A DNA stretch of 64,000 bases from Strigamia acuminata (taxonomy: Eukaryota): contig OX442314.1 in NCBI GenBank assembly GCA_949358305.1, forward strand, positions 23,622,001 through 23,686,000, in the 5' to 3' direction. The position numbers and the translations under genes were made by a program. How positions within the stretch are numbered: position 1 is the stretch's first letter; each line of letters opens with the position of its first letter. The notes under the pieces are model-generated. The model ran no database searches and was not told where the DNA came from. It saw only the letters and a list, made by a program, of their open reading frames with translations. Shown piece after piece: positions 12,599-25,412 of this stretch.

Positions 12599-13257
12599 TT
12601 CCCAATTTTTCTAGCCAAAAATAATGAAATATTCAAATTAATTAAATAAAACAAAATTCGCGATGTACTTTAACGAGTGCATTAGCAAATAAGCGAAGAA
12701 AAGGCCAATATTTAAGTTAAAAAAAGCCAGTTTGTCAGAGTTCATTTAAAAGCAATTCATCACGCATTTTTGCTCCTTTCCTTTGAAGCTAAATGAATAT
12801 AAAAACGCAATTTTTACGCTCGTGCATATTCCCGATAATTTCCAGTCTGTCAATTAATTTCATATAAGCCTACTTTTTATGGAAATTGCATTTATATTCT
12901 CAGTCTCTCACTCACTGGTTCACGAGTAAACACGAGACTAATTTTTTTTCTTCTCCCTGTTTACACACATCTCTGAAATTCATTTCTCAGCAGATTAAGG
13001 AAAAAATTTGAAATTCAAACATGTGTCTCATACCTGCGTGATTCCTCCTTGTACAAATACGGAGGAATTACACTTGAATTACTTTTCATGTCTAGATGCA
13101 TTATCTTGATGTGCCAATAACAAACGTTTGTTAAACCGGTTGGTAATACCTGACTAGTTGCACCCAAGGTCAAGCAAAATCAGAAATATTTTTTTTCCCC
13201 TTAAAATATAAAGCAATAATAACACCTCGCAAAATTTCCACACAATTTTGCACAAAC

Positions 13258-13271
13258 TGTGGGAAATTCCC
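13258..13271 (+). promoter_or_regulatory. overlapping Su(H)/CSL and NF-kB/Dorsal-type site
   Basis: TGTGGGAAATTCCC contains YGTGGGAA (CSL) and the near-palindromic GGGAAATTCCC (kB). Function untested. Confidence 0.4.
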
Positions 13272-13564
13272 AACATAATTACAATTACAATTTCCTCAAA
13301 AAAAAAAAAATTAAACTAAACAAAATTACATTCGAAACGGTCGTCTTAGAGAGCACATCCACGCAAGGGCACTTCCAAACCTTAATTTTGGATTCAAAAC
13401 ACACTTTTCCCCAGATTTCACGCATAGTCGTCGCAATGTACATTTTATAAGCGAAACCAGGTGATTTTAATATTATTTGGCTCCATTTATTCGTCATCAA
13501 TTACCCAGATTAGACTAAACGAGCTACTAAGCTTTTATCTTTATCTTTATCTTTTTTTCCCTTC

Positions 13565-13608
<44 letters not shown>

Positions 13609-16600
13609 GAATTGCATTTTCCTAAGTGAAGTGTATATACGTTTTCAGTAATTTCCTGCGGCCCGAGGAAAGAGATCTCTCATGCGTAGCAAGTGATGCA
13701 AATGATAATTTAATTATCGCAAATTAACTGTCTGGAGAATTATCGGTGTGGAAGAAGCATCACGGGGGGATCGGTTTAGAACTCCAATTACAGAACTATT
13801 TGTTGCAAACTTCTCAAAATCCGGAAATTAGGCTTAAGAGCAAAAGCGAACACGCGCACACACCATTTAAGCCAAAGTTGATACAGACGCCTAGCCAGAT
13901 AGGGCGCAATGGGTTACAACCTCGAGCAAATCTCGGCTGGGAGGGTGCAGCCAAGATGATGGCAGTGTTCTCCTCGTGATACTATTTATTATCTTCGCGA
14001 TGCTGCGCGGTTGCCATGACAACGGCTCGAGAGATTGCAACTGCCGAGCGATGAATTTAAATTTTCCATATCTCGTTTGCTCAATTAAACTCGAATAAAT
14101 GGTCCATTCAACTCCAATAGTTAGTTGCCCATTCAAATTCTGCTCTTTTCGCTATAATGGAATATTGTATTCACCCGATGGCCATTGTAGCATCATTCGC
14201 AAAACGTCTTGACTCGAATGCCTCCTTCTCCTCCTCCTCTCCATTCACCGAGTCGAACGACAACGATTCGATTTGAAAATCGTTCGTCTGATCCAATTTT
14301 CCAAATACTCCTTTCCCAACACGTCGTCTTCAATCAATGAAAGCCAATGAAGGCCAACGTGCAGTGTGTACCCGTGGCAAGGCAATAATCATATTGCGGC
14401 TAGAGCAAACTTGCACAGGACATGCAATCGGTATTTATTATACAGACTATACACGGCAATTTAATTAGCTTTCTGCTGCGCTGCAAAACTAAGTAATTGT
14501 CCCAGTCTTGGTTGGGTGAAACGACAACAGTTAATTTTTCATCGTTTCAAGACACAATCAAACGTTGAGCATCTTTGCGATAAGGCAATCCCCGTTCCCT
14601 TCCACATCTAACAGTCCTATCGTCAACATTCCCCCGACGATGCATTCGCATACTCATTTCAACAACATATTTACACTACACTCGTCGAAAATCAACTTTA
14701 CAATTTAACATTTCTTCACTTAGTTGCAAGTTGCACATAAAAAACATATTTAAACTGCTTTTCTCGGTCTAACTTCAAAAATGGCGGCTGATTTACTCTG
14801 TTTTCGGCTTCATTGGGCATGCGCACGACATTTAAACAACAAAACATGAAAGTTATAATAATAATAAATAATAATTAAATTAATTTTGACTAGCAAATTT
14901 GTCAGGTTGTTATAAACACGTATTCCCACTCGCTATTAATGAATGGTGCCTGCAATTTGGACTACTCCTACACTCCAAACAAGCTTAACTGGAACTGAAA
15001 GGTCACTCGAATAAGTCGGATCAATTCGCTTGGAAAAACTTCGATACTACATCAGTTTGGTAATTTCTAAAAGCTCATGTTTTTGTTCGATTTAATCTTT
15101 TGCTTAAAATACTCGACAATTTTAATACAAAGAAGTTGAAAACAAACTTGAAAATATTATTCTTTCCAAACGAGTGACTTTCCAATGTTTTTCAAAATTA
15201 TTTTGTTATTCTAAATATCGCAAGTTGTTTTTACTTTTTACACAAACAGGAGGAAATGTTCACTCAATTCTTTTTCATAAAAAAATAAAAAATATTTTTT
15301 TTTTACACACGAAAAAGCAGCCGCAACGGAGCTAAAACGTGAAATTAATGCGAAACAATTAAAGACGAAGTGATAAACAATAAAAACCAAGCTTTGTTTT
15401 CACCGCACAACGTCGAATTCCAGCAACAACAAATCAAAAATACAAATTTTTCAAAAACAAATCCCAAACAAAAATATTTCCTACTGTATTTTGGAATTCA
15501 TCGAGTGTAAATATCAAGAAAAAAAAAATAAACACAACAATAAAATTAAATTTTTTTCTCCAACATTTTTCAACAACAACTAAAAAATCTTTCGTTCCAT
15601 TGCGTGTTGATAAAAATAACATCACACTATCACAATTGTTGCTTAAAAGATTGGGTCTCTCTGACAGCTGTAAGAACCTACGCGTTGACAGTTGCAACAC
15701 TTGTCAGCCACAACAATCAAACCAACAAAACAGTATAGCGAACAAAGAAAAAGTATTTGTTCCTGGATTTTTCAACACAACTTCAAACTTCGACAAAAAT
15801 TTCACAAAAAAATATTTAAAAAAAATAAAAAATAAAAAAATAAAAAAATGAATAAATATAGGTTAATTGGTGGTGGAAAAATAAAAATAATCTTTCACGA
15901 ATAATTTATGAGGCTAATTGATAGTTTTTTCATGCAAATGAGCAAAGTTAAAAAAGTTATCATGCCCACAAGTCAGGAATCTTCTCTTTCCCACAGATAA
16001 ACTCAAGGTTAGCAGCACATAAAATGGCGGCCCACCGAACCATTTAGCATTGAAATGCTAGTGTCACGAATCGAGGAGCATATTTATGGAGCGAAAAGGA
16101 GTTAATTTATCAACAAAAAATAATTTTTTTTAAAAAAAACTTAGATAAAAAGTGCAGAAATTTGGCTGCAATTTGATTTTTGCTTTAAATTAGGCCTTAT
16201 TTATGCATCTGGACATAAAAACAAAAAATTACAGTGTAATTGGTTTAGATGCTTCCATAAATTATTCTTTTATATGAAATTAATTTGGTATTAAATTTTT
16301 TTTACGACATCAAATTCTCGGATGAACTAAGATTACCTTCAAAGATTGTTGATGAACTTAAAAATCAATTCTGAAGCTCTTGGCAGCTCATCCTTAATCT
16401 TAGTCAAGTCAATGCCAAAAAAAAAATAATCAATAGAAAATATTTTTTAAATAACTCCCATTTTGCATTATAATGCCCAATAATCTATTTCTGCCTAAAA
16501 CCCAATTTTTTTTTTCTCTCCAAATTTTAAATTAAATTCAAAAAAAAAAACCAATTTGCAGAAATTATAACCTTAAAAGAAACAAGACCAGACATTGGGA

Positions 16601-16789
16601 TTTAAGGGCGACCTAATTTGATAAGCATCTCGATAATTACCCATCAAAAACCGTTAAATTAAAAAGAGAAGAAGAAGAAGAGAGAAAAAAGACGTAAATC
16701 GAGATCATTTCTCGGCTTTTTGTTTACGATAGTGCACATCAAAAACTTTCCTTATCTCGACGTGAATCACGCATCAATTTTTCATTTAC

Positions 16790-16889
16790 CTTATACGACT
16801 TGGCCCGCACTACGTCTGGATCCGCTTCCACTTCTTCCAAAATTTGTCCCGACGAATCGACAAATCTCACGTGCGCCAGTTGTTCGTGT
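16790..16889 (-). CDS. sog: sog/chordin exon: CHRD region
   Basis: ttttacag|A CAC...TAT AAG|gtaaat; (R)HEQLAHVRFVDSSGQILEEVEADPDVVRAKSYK; 100 nt, phase 2 to 0. Confidence 0.93.
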
Positions 16890-17739
16890 CTGTAAAAAAA
16901 TATACAAACAAAAAAACACACATAAATATATAAAATCCAACCGTAAATATTTCACTAACATAAAAATTAACTCTTGCATAAAAAGATAGATAAATTATAT
17001 TTTATTTAAACTGATACAACCAACTCCATCAAGAGAAAACCCATAATGCGCAAGTAACATGAGTCGACCCATCTTAGAACTATTAATTTCCAAGAAACTC
17101 AAATTTTCAAACACCGCTTCCTGTATGAGACAAGGTCGCATTAAAAAGTTGTTTTTATTATTTTCTTGAAGTGTCCAGTGCTCTAGTCTGCCAAAATTAA
17201 TAAAAGCCACTTTCGGCCCTTTTTTGGTCTTTTACTATCAACCAAAAACGGATTTATCGATAAAAAAATATGGAGCGGTCATCAGATACTGGCAAAAAAG
17301 AAAAAAAAAATTAAAATGATGTAAATACCGGAAAGCGGTGGTAGGAAGGGAGTTGGGTCGTGACGCGTTGTGGGCGCGTGCTCCGTCCGGCCGGCGCCAG
17401 GGTCCTCTGGACAAGGTCCCTTTGAAAGGCGCGTGACGGGCCGAATGGACGCCCGATGGAAAAAAAGAGACGCCACACGAATGCCGGACACCACTATTAC
17501 ACAAGGTTAGCCTGAGGGCAAATGCTGTCCATTTGGAAATTTGACAAGCAAGCGAGCAAAACGAATAAACAACGCGAACCGGAATCAAGTTTGATACGTT
17601 CAGAAATTGCATTTTTTTCTGCATTATATTCGGTATCGGTGGATAATAGTGGTGTGTTAAAAAAGTGTTAAACTTTGCTTTATTATAGTGTAGTCGGCAT
17701 AAAATGGGTATCAATGGCGTACCAATCAATGGGCCCCTT

Positions 17740-18065
17740 TGATAAAATTTTAAAAATGTTTTAAAATTTGTGAAACCTTGATAAAAATTCGAAAAATTTG
17801 TGAAATTTTAATGAGAATTTGAAAATTTTGTAAAATTTTAATGAAAATTTGAAAAATTTGTGAAATTTTAATGAAAATTTGAATAATTTGTGGAATTTTA
17901 GAGAAAAAAAAATTGAGTAATTTCATAATTTGTAAAATTTTGATAATTTTTCAAGTTTTGTAAAATTTTGCTAAAATTCCGAAAAATTCCTGAACTTTTG
18001 GAGAAATTTCAATACAATTTTGAAAAATGTGTAAAGATTTTGTAAACTATTTTGACAAATTTGCT
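17740..18065. repeat. degenerate AT-rich tandem repeat (GAAAATTTTGTAAAATTTTAAT-like)
   Basis: Repeated gaaaatttt/aaaatttg units visible by eye. Confidence 0.8.
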
Positions 18066-19098
18066 ACATTTTCACTCCCGAGCGCACAGAAAAATCATCT
18101 GATTTGTATTCTAAATTCTTTCCGATTTATTTTGTTAAACGAGAAAAATAGTTAAAAAATCCAGTAATCATGACTCAATTTTCATGACATAACTCGCCTA
18201 CGTACGATGTGTATTAATTTATGTATTAACCATCAACTTCGTACATTTCCAGAGTGTGCACCGCTTCAGTTTACATAACATACTGAAATTCCCGCTAGGT
18301 TTCAATGCAAATTATTAATGAGATGGAAAAAAATGTAGAAATTTGTAAATATTTAACAGAACCAATTTTGAAATGCTAATGACGTAGCCAATTCAATTAC
18401 AATTTGTCTAGTTTTGAGATATAGTTGGGAGTTTCGTTAAAAAATAAAATCACATTTGCCTTTTTGTGCCACAAATTAAATATTTTTTTCCTCCCCTTTC
18501 AACACAACATTTTTAACGCAGTAGTGAAACTCGGATGGCTGAACACAATTTTTTCAGCATCAAATTCATATATTCCCTTCAAAGTTAAAATATTTAATAG
18601 TGCTGATTAGCTTATTCAACCGTGTGGTTAACCTACGCACTAATAATCCATCGAGTTGCTTTTATTCAGTATGTTTCTACTACTAAATCATCACAAGCAG
18701 AATGAAATTAAACATTTGCGGGTACAAAATTTCCACCTAAATGGTATTATCGATACAAATCTTCTGGCAAAAGTTTAGAATGATAAATATGACACTATAT
18801 ACTCTTTTATTGGTTTAAAACTAGAAAATTATTGCGATTAATCACTCAACTGGCAAACAAATACAATCTTAAAGCATCTATGCGCAAAAATTAACCAACC
18901 AGCATGATATTACTGGTGATAACACCACTCCGTCGGTTCTCAACCAATGTAGAAATGCCCATTCGGCCAATTGGGTTGGCTCGTGGGAAAAATTATCCCA
19001 AGAACTTTCTCAAGATCTCAAATCGCCTTGAGATGTTAATTATTGTTGTACCACTCTTGCTGAAAAATAATCCGGATACTTTTGATAACTTTCAAAAG

Positions 19099-19373
19099 TA
19101 CCGTATTTTATCGATTAAGAACTGCGGCTCTTATTCAAAACTGCCATTTTTTGTCGGCAATTACAATTTCGATTTTTCGTTCGTTACATTTGTTTAATGT
19201 AACAAGCGAAGTCTGAACGTCACGAACGAAGCGTACATTCATCGTTCGTAAGGTTAAATACGGAAACAATACCGTACTTTTGCAAAAATACGGTATTCTT
19301 GGTGTCTTAGCCGCGGCTACTATTCGACGGCAGTTACAATTCGAGAGCGACTCTTAATCGGTAAAATACGGTA
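19099..19373. mobile_element. Tc2/pogo-like MITE family A, copy 1
   Basis: TA|CCGTATTTTATCGATTAAGA ... TCTTAATCGGTAAAATACGG|TA; similar reverse-orientation copies at 47384-47619 and 59997-60248. Confidence 0.88.
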
Positions 19374-20953
19374 TTACGTTCATTTGTAAAATTTATTTTT
19401 TTCCCGCGCGCAATTGGAACCTTTGAATTTTTGGTTCTTTCTCCCGCAAACTTAACCTTATCTATTGTCGCATTAGACTTAGTCCCAGTAGGTATGCGTC
19501 CCCAGTATTACTTGTATTGACAACATAAAGCTGTGGTAAGCATCATTAAAATTCTATTGACCATTGGCATTCTAGAAGCATAAAATAAACTCGAACAAAG
19601 GTTCATCCACTTTCTGTTTTACGTTATCCAAGCGCATGGCCCGGGTTAATGGTGCGAGATCGAATCTATCCATGAACATTGTCTCAAAGATTTCCCAATT
19701 GACAAATCTATTTTCTTGTTCTTGAAACCAACATTGAGCGTGATAATTTTTTGAGTCTTGAACTGACTGGGGATATTATTATAAGGACTACCAAACAAAA
19801 ATTATCAGGATAATTATTTTTAGCACGAGGGGTATTTAAGATATTATCAGGAGTCAGTTCCAGCACCATTTCCACCAAGAACTCTGGAAATCACAGACAA
19901 CACCCAGTTAGTGGAGAATGGCAGATTATCTCGCCACGGAAACATTACCTTAAATTAAGGATGAGCACCAACTGCGATTCCCAGTAGGTCACTCATCCAA
20001 TTACTGACCAGCCCTAAAACTGCTTAACTTCTGCGTTCTAATAGGAACAGTTGATCAGCATGGTGACCGTTCCCTCCATATTAACCGTCAATTAACTAAA
20101 ATTGTTGACATTCCACCTATCGCTTGTCGTATTACCGACGATTATTTCACTCAATAACCGTAGTAAAGAACCAATCAGAGCAGAATTATTCAAAAGTTGC
20201 CCAATTACCATCAAATTACAGTAATAATACTCTCCCATCCTTAGAATATTGATTGAGCTGAGCAACGACGCATTATTACGCGATGTGCCACTAGATGTCA
20301 CTGGTAAGACGTTAGGCCTAACCAATTGCGTAAGAAAGTTTGTATTTTGAAACAAGTAACAAAATTCTATAATTACGTAATTATTGCTAGGTAAACAAGT
20401 GGATAGTTGAAATATTTCAAATTTCACGAAATTATTTTTGTAAACAAATGTTACTTATTATGCAATGGCCAATATAAATAGCGAATAAAATTTCACTCAC
20501 ATTCTTGACGTTTGCGTTTTAATACTCACGCATGCGTACAGTGAATTGAGTAACACTAAACATAAATAAATAAGTGCAAGAAAAAAAAAATATCAAACAA
20601 CCGCGATATTTATCTCATTTTGATTCTTTGTGACATTTTTTTCGCATTTCTCGTGCACATAAAAATTCCTCTCGTCATTCTTCGCCACTCTTTGCCAGCA
20701 ATAAGCGATTTCTCTGTCAGATTGCAACGGAAAATTGCATAACATGAAAACGAAAGAAAAACCCTATCGCATTGCACTTCACTGATTTCCAGCGAGTACA
20801 AAAATGAAAGAAGTGAGAAAGTTGATGATATAAACTTTTTAAATTTTCTTTTCCTTTTAAAAATCATAAAAATATTTAAAAAGCAAATCCAAACCAAATT
20901 TGACAGGAAACCTCCTGGCAGTAGATTTCCCACAGGAACTGAACCTGTTTAAT

Positions 20954-21210
20954 TGTGTGAGATAATGCGTGATTGTGCAAGAATTTTCACGCCGCCATTT
21001 TCAACTAACCATAAAGTTTAACTCGCACATACTCAAATGTAACAATTTAACTTAACATCGTGAGTTAACGTAACATGATCTCAATAAATAAAGCGTAAAT
21101 AGACATTTTTTACCTCATATTTATGTCGTACTTTGCCAAATTCTAACTAATAATACAAACTAAAAATGACAGCGAGATAAACCTCGTACAATTACGCATT
21201 ATCTCATACA
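20954..21210. mobile_element. MITE with about 28-bp imperfect TIRs
   Basis: Left TGTGTGAGATAATGCGTGATTGTGCAAG versus reverse complement of right TGTATGAGATAATGCGTAATTGTACGAG (24/28). Confidence 0.65.
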
Positions 21211-22144
21211 TCACTGCGAGACTACAGTGACTAATGATTGGTTGGCCGCTTGTAACCAAGTCAAAGTCGTAATTCAACACGAGGTGGAATTAAAAGATTT
21301 CCTTAATTCAATCCCACAATCCAACGCTTTTCAAAGTTAAGTCTAGTGTAAGTAAACGTGTGAACTAACCAAAAGAGGTTGCTAAAGCGCTTTACCTAAA
21401 GTTTCTGCGATTAACTGAGAAAAGCCGTGCGGAAACTTAGGTGTAAATTTTATTTCTATTATTTGTAATTGCATTGCCAATTAACTTAATTATATAATAA
21501 GATTTGCGAATAATTATCAGTTCAATTATAATTAGCGTCAATTTATGAGAAAAATTTAGATCTTTTTGTGTGTGCAATATTTGCCGCTAGATGACCCCAA
21601 AGGAGTGAAATATAATTAAAGCTCATACAGTAACTCAATATTCAGCAACATTTAGATTGAATCGGCAAGTCTTTAATTATTGCTGTTTGCTCAAACAAAA
21701 AAATTAATTAAAAAGAGCTGTCGTGATTTGTATTATGCTTTTTGAAAAAGCAAACACTAGCAAAAGAAAATTGTTCCTCATTGATTTCTTCTGCCCCAAA
21801 AATTTACACAAGACTATCTTTATTAAATCGTGCTTTAAAAATTATATAAAAAAAAATTTAAAAAAAAAAAATAAGTAATAAATAAAATAAAATAATAAAA
21901 CTTAAAATCCCGAACGAGCAGACTTCAGTTTTAATTTCAAATTTTGGAAAAAAAAAGTTATAACAGAAATATATATTAAAATAAAACCTCTCAAAAATAT
22001 TCCTTAATAAAATGAAATTGTTTACGACGATAATTTAAACTTGACTTCCTTGCCTTCCCCTTCACGTTCCTCCCATTTAATTTTGTTTCTTTCTTTTTTC
22101 AAAATTGTTTCGGTCTGGTTTCTTGTTCAAGATTCTATTTCCAC

Positions 22145-22175
<31 letters not shown>

Positions 22176-23087
22176 TGCATCGTTTCAATCTGAGAACTGC
22201 TGACACCCATCGTTTTGGTCAATGGGGTTTCTCTGCACCATACTCATGTACTAAAACACGTGTGTGGTTAGCCACAAAATGAGAAAAAGTTAGTTAATCC
22301 CACAGAATCTAATAAAGTAAACAAAATGAGATCCCATAAATAAAAAAAAAAAATAAAGTTTCAAAAAATTAATATTTTTCTCCAAAATTCCACTTTTTAC
22401 GTTCCCAATTGAATTGTAAATTCCACCGCTGCTCAACGCATTGTAAACGTCAAAAACGTGTGAAACATCACACTTTACAACACAGATATTTATCAACACT
22501 TTTTACCATAATAATATTACACATTTCGGACCTGCAAACACGTAGAAAAACCAGTACACATAAACATACATGTAACTTGTAGCTCGTCAGTTTATCATGT
22601 AAATTTTGACAAGCACACAAGTTACATGTGTGTTTAAATATACATGTTTTGCTTCAACTCGTTCGAAATAGCAAATGAAAACGAGCACATTCAAACATCA
22701 GAGTTTCAACAAAACGATTTCGTCATTTGAATAAATCATTTTCAAAATAAAAAAAAAAAAATTCTTTCCAAAACTGTCCATTTAGAATTAGAAATAAATC
22801 TGATAGCGTTTAGATAAAATCCGTCACCATGCCAACTACTTGATATACTGAAGTCATAAAATCCGAAAGAGATGAAGCCAGCTACAATTCATTCACTTTC
22901 TACACACAAGTCGATTTGTTTGCAAAAATAGGAATAAATATTCTAAAACTGATGTGACTTTCAGCATAAATTTGCCATTTTATTTATGTCTGATGGTAAG
23001 TGCCATCGGAATTTATAAATAAAAAAAAAATAAAAAAAAACTCATTCAAATGTGAACATCAAATAAGCTTAAGTTTGCATCTCTTAC

Positions 23088-23205
23088 CTGCCGAGATAAA
23101 TAGAGTAATGTAAATTCTTCTTCGAAAATGTGAACCGCGCGTGTCCAGTATACGATGTAGCCACTGGTGGGTCCATTCCAATTCCCGTTAAAAGTGCGGC
23201 GAATT
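23088..23205 (-). CDS. sog: sog/chordin exon: start of CHRD repeat 1
   Basis: ttgacag|AA TTC GCC...GGC AG|gtaag; (E)FAALLTGIGMDPPVATSYTGHARFTFSKKNLHYSIYLG; 118 nt, phase 1 to 2. Confidence 0.93.
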
Positions 23206-25194
23206 CTGTCAAAAAATAAATAAATAAAGAATAAATTCAATATAAATGCAGTTTCACTTTAATGCCGCACCCAATCCATTAATTTTAATTTATTTTTTTT
23301 TCAGTTTAAAAAAGATATAAATATAAAAATAAATTAAAAATGAGCCAGTGGCCCAGTGGAACATTAAACTTCATTTCACGTATCATTTCAACAATTTCTA
23401 ACCCTTAACTCAAACATGCATGGAAAAGGCGTGCTCGCCCGCGATGTAGTGTACCCGGATCAAAGATTTATTAGAAAAATGTCATTTCGGCTCAAATGTT
23501 TCTATTTTTTTATTATCCCAATTTATTCTTTCCCGCCTACTTCGAGTCGTTGTACTTCACCACACCCCGCTCAAAGGTAGTCTGACGTTCCAGGTAGACC
23601 TTGTATCCTTTACAACGCTTTAACAATGACAACACTCCCTTTATTTGCCGACTGTGGATTTAAAAAAAAATACGAAAAAGTTGAACTCAATTTTTTTTTT
23701 AGTCAAAACTATTTTAGGAAAACTGAATAAAAGACTTTTTCTCATCAAAAAAAAAAAAAAAAAAAAAAATTATACGGGTCACCATTATAATGCGACCCTG
23801 ATTTTTGCATAAATTCCACTTGGCTCTCATCACCAAATTATTTTTGGCATATGTTGAATATAAAAACGCTGAGCCATAGATGAAAGATAATGCAGGACGC
23901 CAATAGCACATCGTGTAGATTTTCCGTGAAATAACCCTTTGACATTCTTGTTGGGTGTCACCACCACGTCGTTTCTTGAGTAATTAAACTAGAACTGGAC
24001 TAGGATGAAAAGGAAATGGAAAAGATTGGTGCAAGAGATAGAAATGCTCGTGTAATTCGTCGTTCCAATCCGAGAATTACGTTCGTTTTAATTTGTTCGC
24101 ATTCCCCGCCCTGTCTGACTTGTCGTTAATTCGTTTCTCGGCTTGCAACCCTCGTTACAACAACGTGCTTTAATTTGTTTACAACTCCATCACCGCCCCT
24201 TTCACTCCCCCACTCCTTTTTAATACCGAGGCTCCATTAATTCTTGGAAAAGTACTTTACACCAGTTTTATACAACGGATTTAAGCACGACGACGAGTTA
24301 TTCTCAATGTCGCTCATCGGGGGTAATTCTAAAAACAGGTAGGGCTACACGCAAAAAAAACGGAGAAAAAGAAAAAACTCGTCTGGGAAATGAAGTAGGC
24401 CATTGTTGAATCAAATGCCAGACTTGTTGGAATTTGGCCACCAGTCGGCGCCACCCATTGTCAGAGAGATAAATTTGAACTTGAGGCATTATAAGAATTA
24501 AGCATTTTATGTGTGTCATAGAGGAATGCGGTGAATTCATCAACCATTCCCCGAACCAATTCCTTTAAACAGTAGCCAAGTTCTTCGTCATCTAATTAGT
24601 AATGCTCATGAATGAATTAAGGATTCTTAGCGAAGATCATCTCGGTGATAAAAGCTGTGTAAATATTGCCGTTTCTCGTTCAACTATTTCAAAAATCTAT
24701 GACGCAAAAGCTATGGGCCATGCAGATTCCTTCCTGCGCAAAATGTTTATTACTTTAGTTTATTATGGCTTTAATGGCACTATTTTTATTTTTATTTTTG
24801 ATAGAATGTCAAGTTTTCGCTAAACATTAAATATTAATTTAAAACATTCTAATAATGTTAATTAATGTTGTCGTTTGGTAAGGTTAGGTTTTCAATAAGC
24901 CTACAGCGATTCAATGCGTTGAAACTGCCAATAATGGATACGCAGAAAATATTCGAATCGTGTAATTTATTGCAAATTAATGTATTGCATCTGTTAATGT
25001 TAGATATTCAATAAACCTACGGCAATTTGATAAGTTACAATTGCCAATAATTGATTGATACAGTTCAATTCGGAAATATTGAACTCGAAATTTACATAGA
25101 AACCATTTCGGTCTTTAACTTCACCGCCAAATAACTAATCCCAGGATACATCCCCAAATGATTCAAAAGTAAATTGAAATTATATTGCAATATA

Positions 25195-25412
25195 TTTTAA
25201 AACGCATTTTATAATACACTTTTGGGTGTTATTGTATTGTACATTTGTAAAATGTATTACGAAATGCATTCCCGGTATTTGTCAAATATAAATCCATTTT
25301 CAAATCCATTTTTTCAATTGTACCATGAAGTGCATTTACTGTATAAAATAAAAACTTAATTCTGCGAAAATTTTGGAATGCATCAAGTGAAAAGCAATAT
25401 AAAATATGTTTA
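25195..25412 (-). repeat. dispersed AATGCATT-rich repeat family, reverse copy
   Basis: Reverse-complement similarity to 9150-9393 (ttttggaatgcatcaagtgaa versus ttcacttaatgcattccaaaa). Confidence 0.65.

Noticed and set aside
13568..13607. Long poly(A) runs (also about 12008, 22145, 45953, 63427)
   Set aside because: No associated retrocopy body or TSD; homopolymer lengths may be unreliable.
19465..20300. Possible retroelement protease-like remnant (LYVVNT...YLLGLSLM on the minus strand)
   Set aside because: Many stops and no catalytic D-T/S-G motif seen; cannot be supported without a search.
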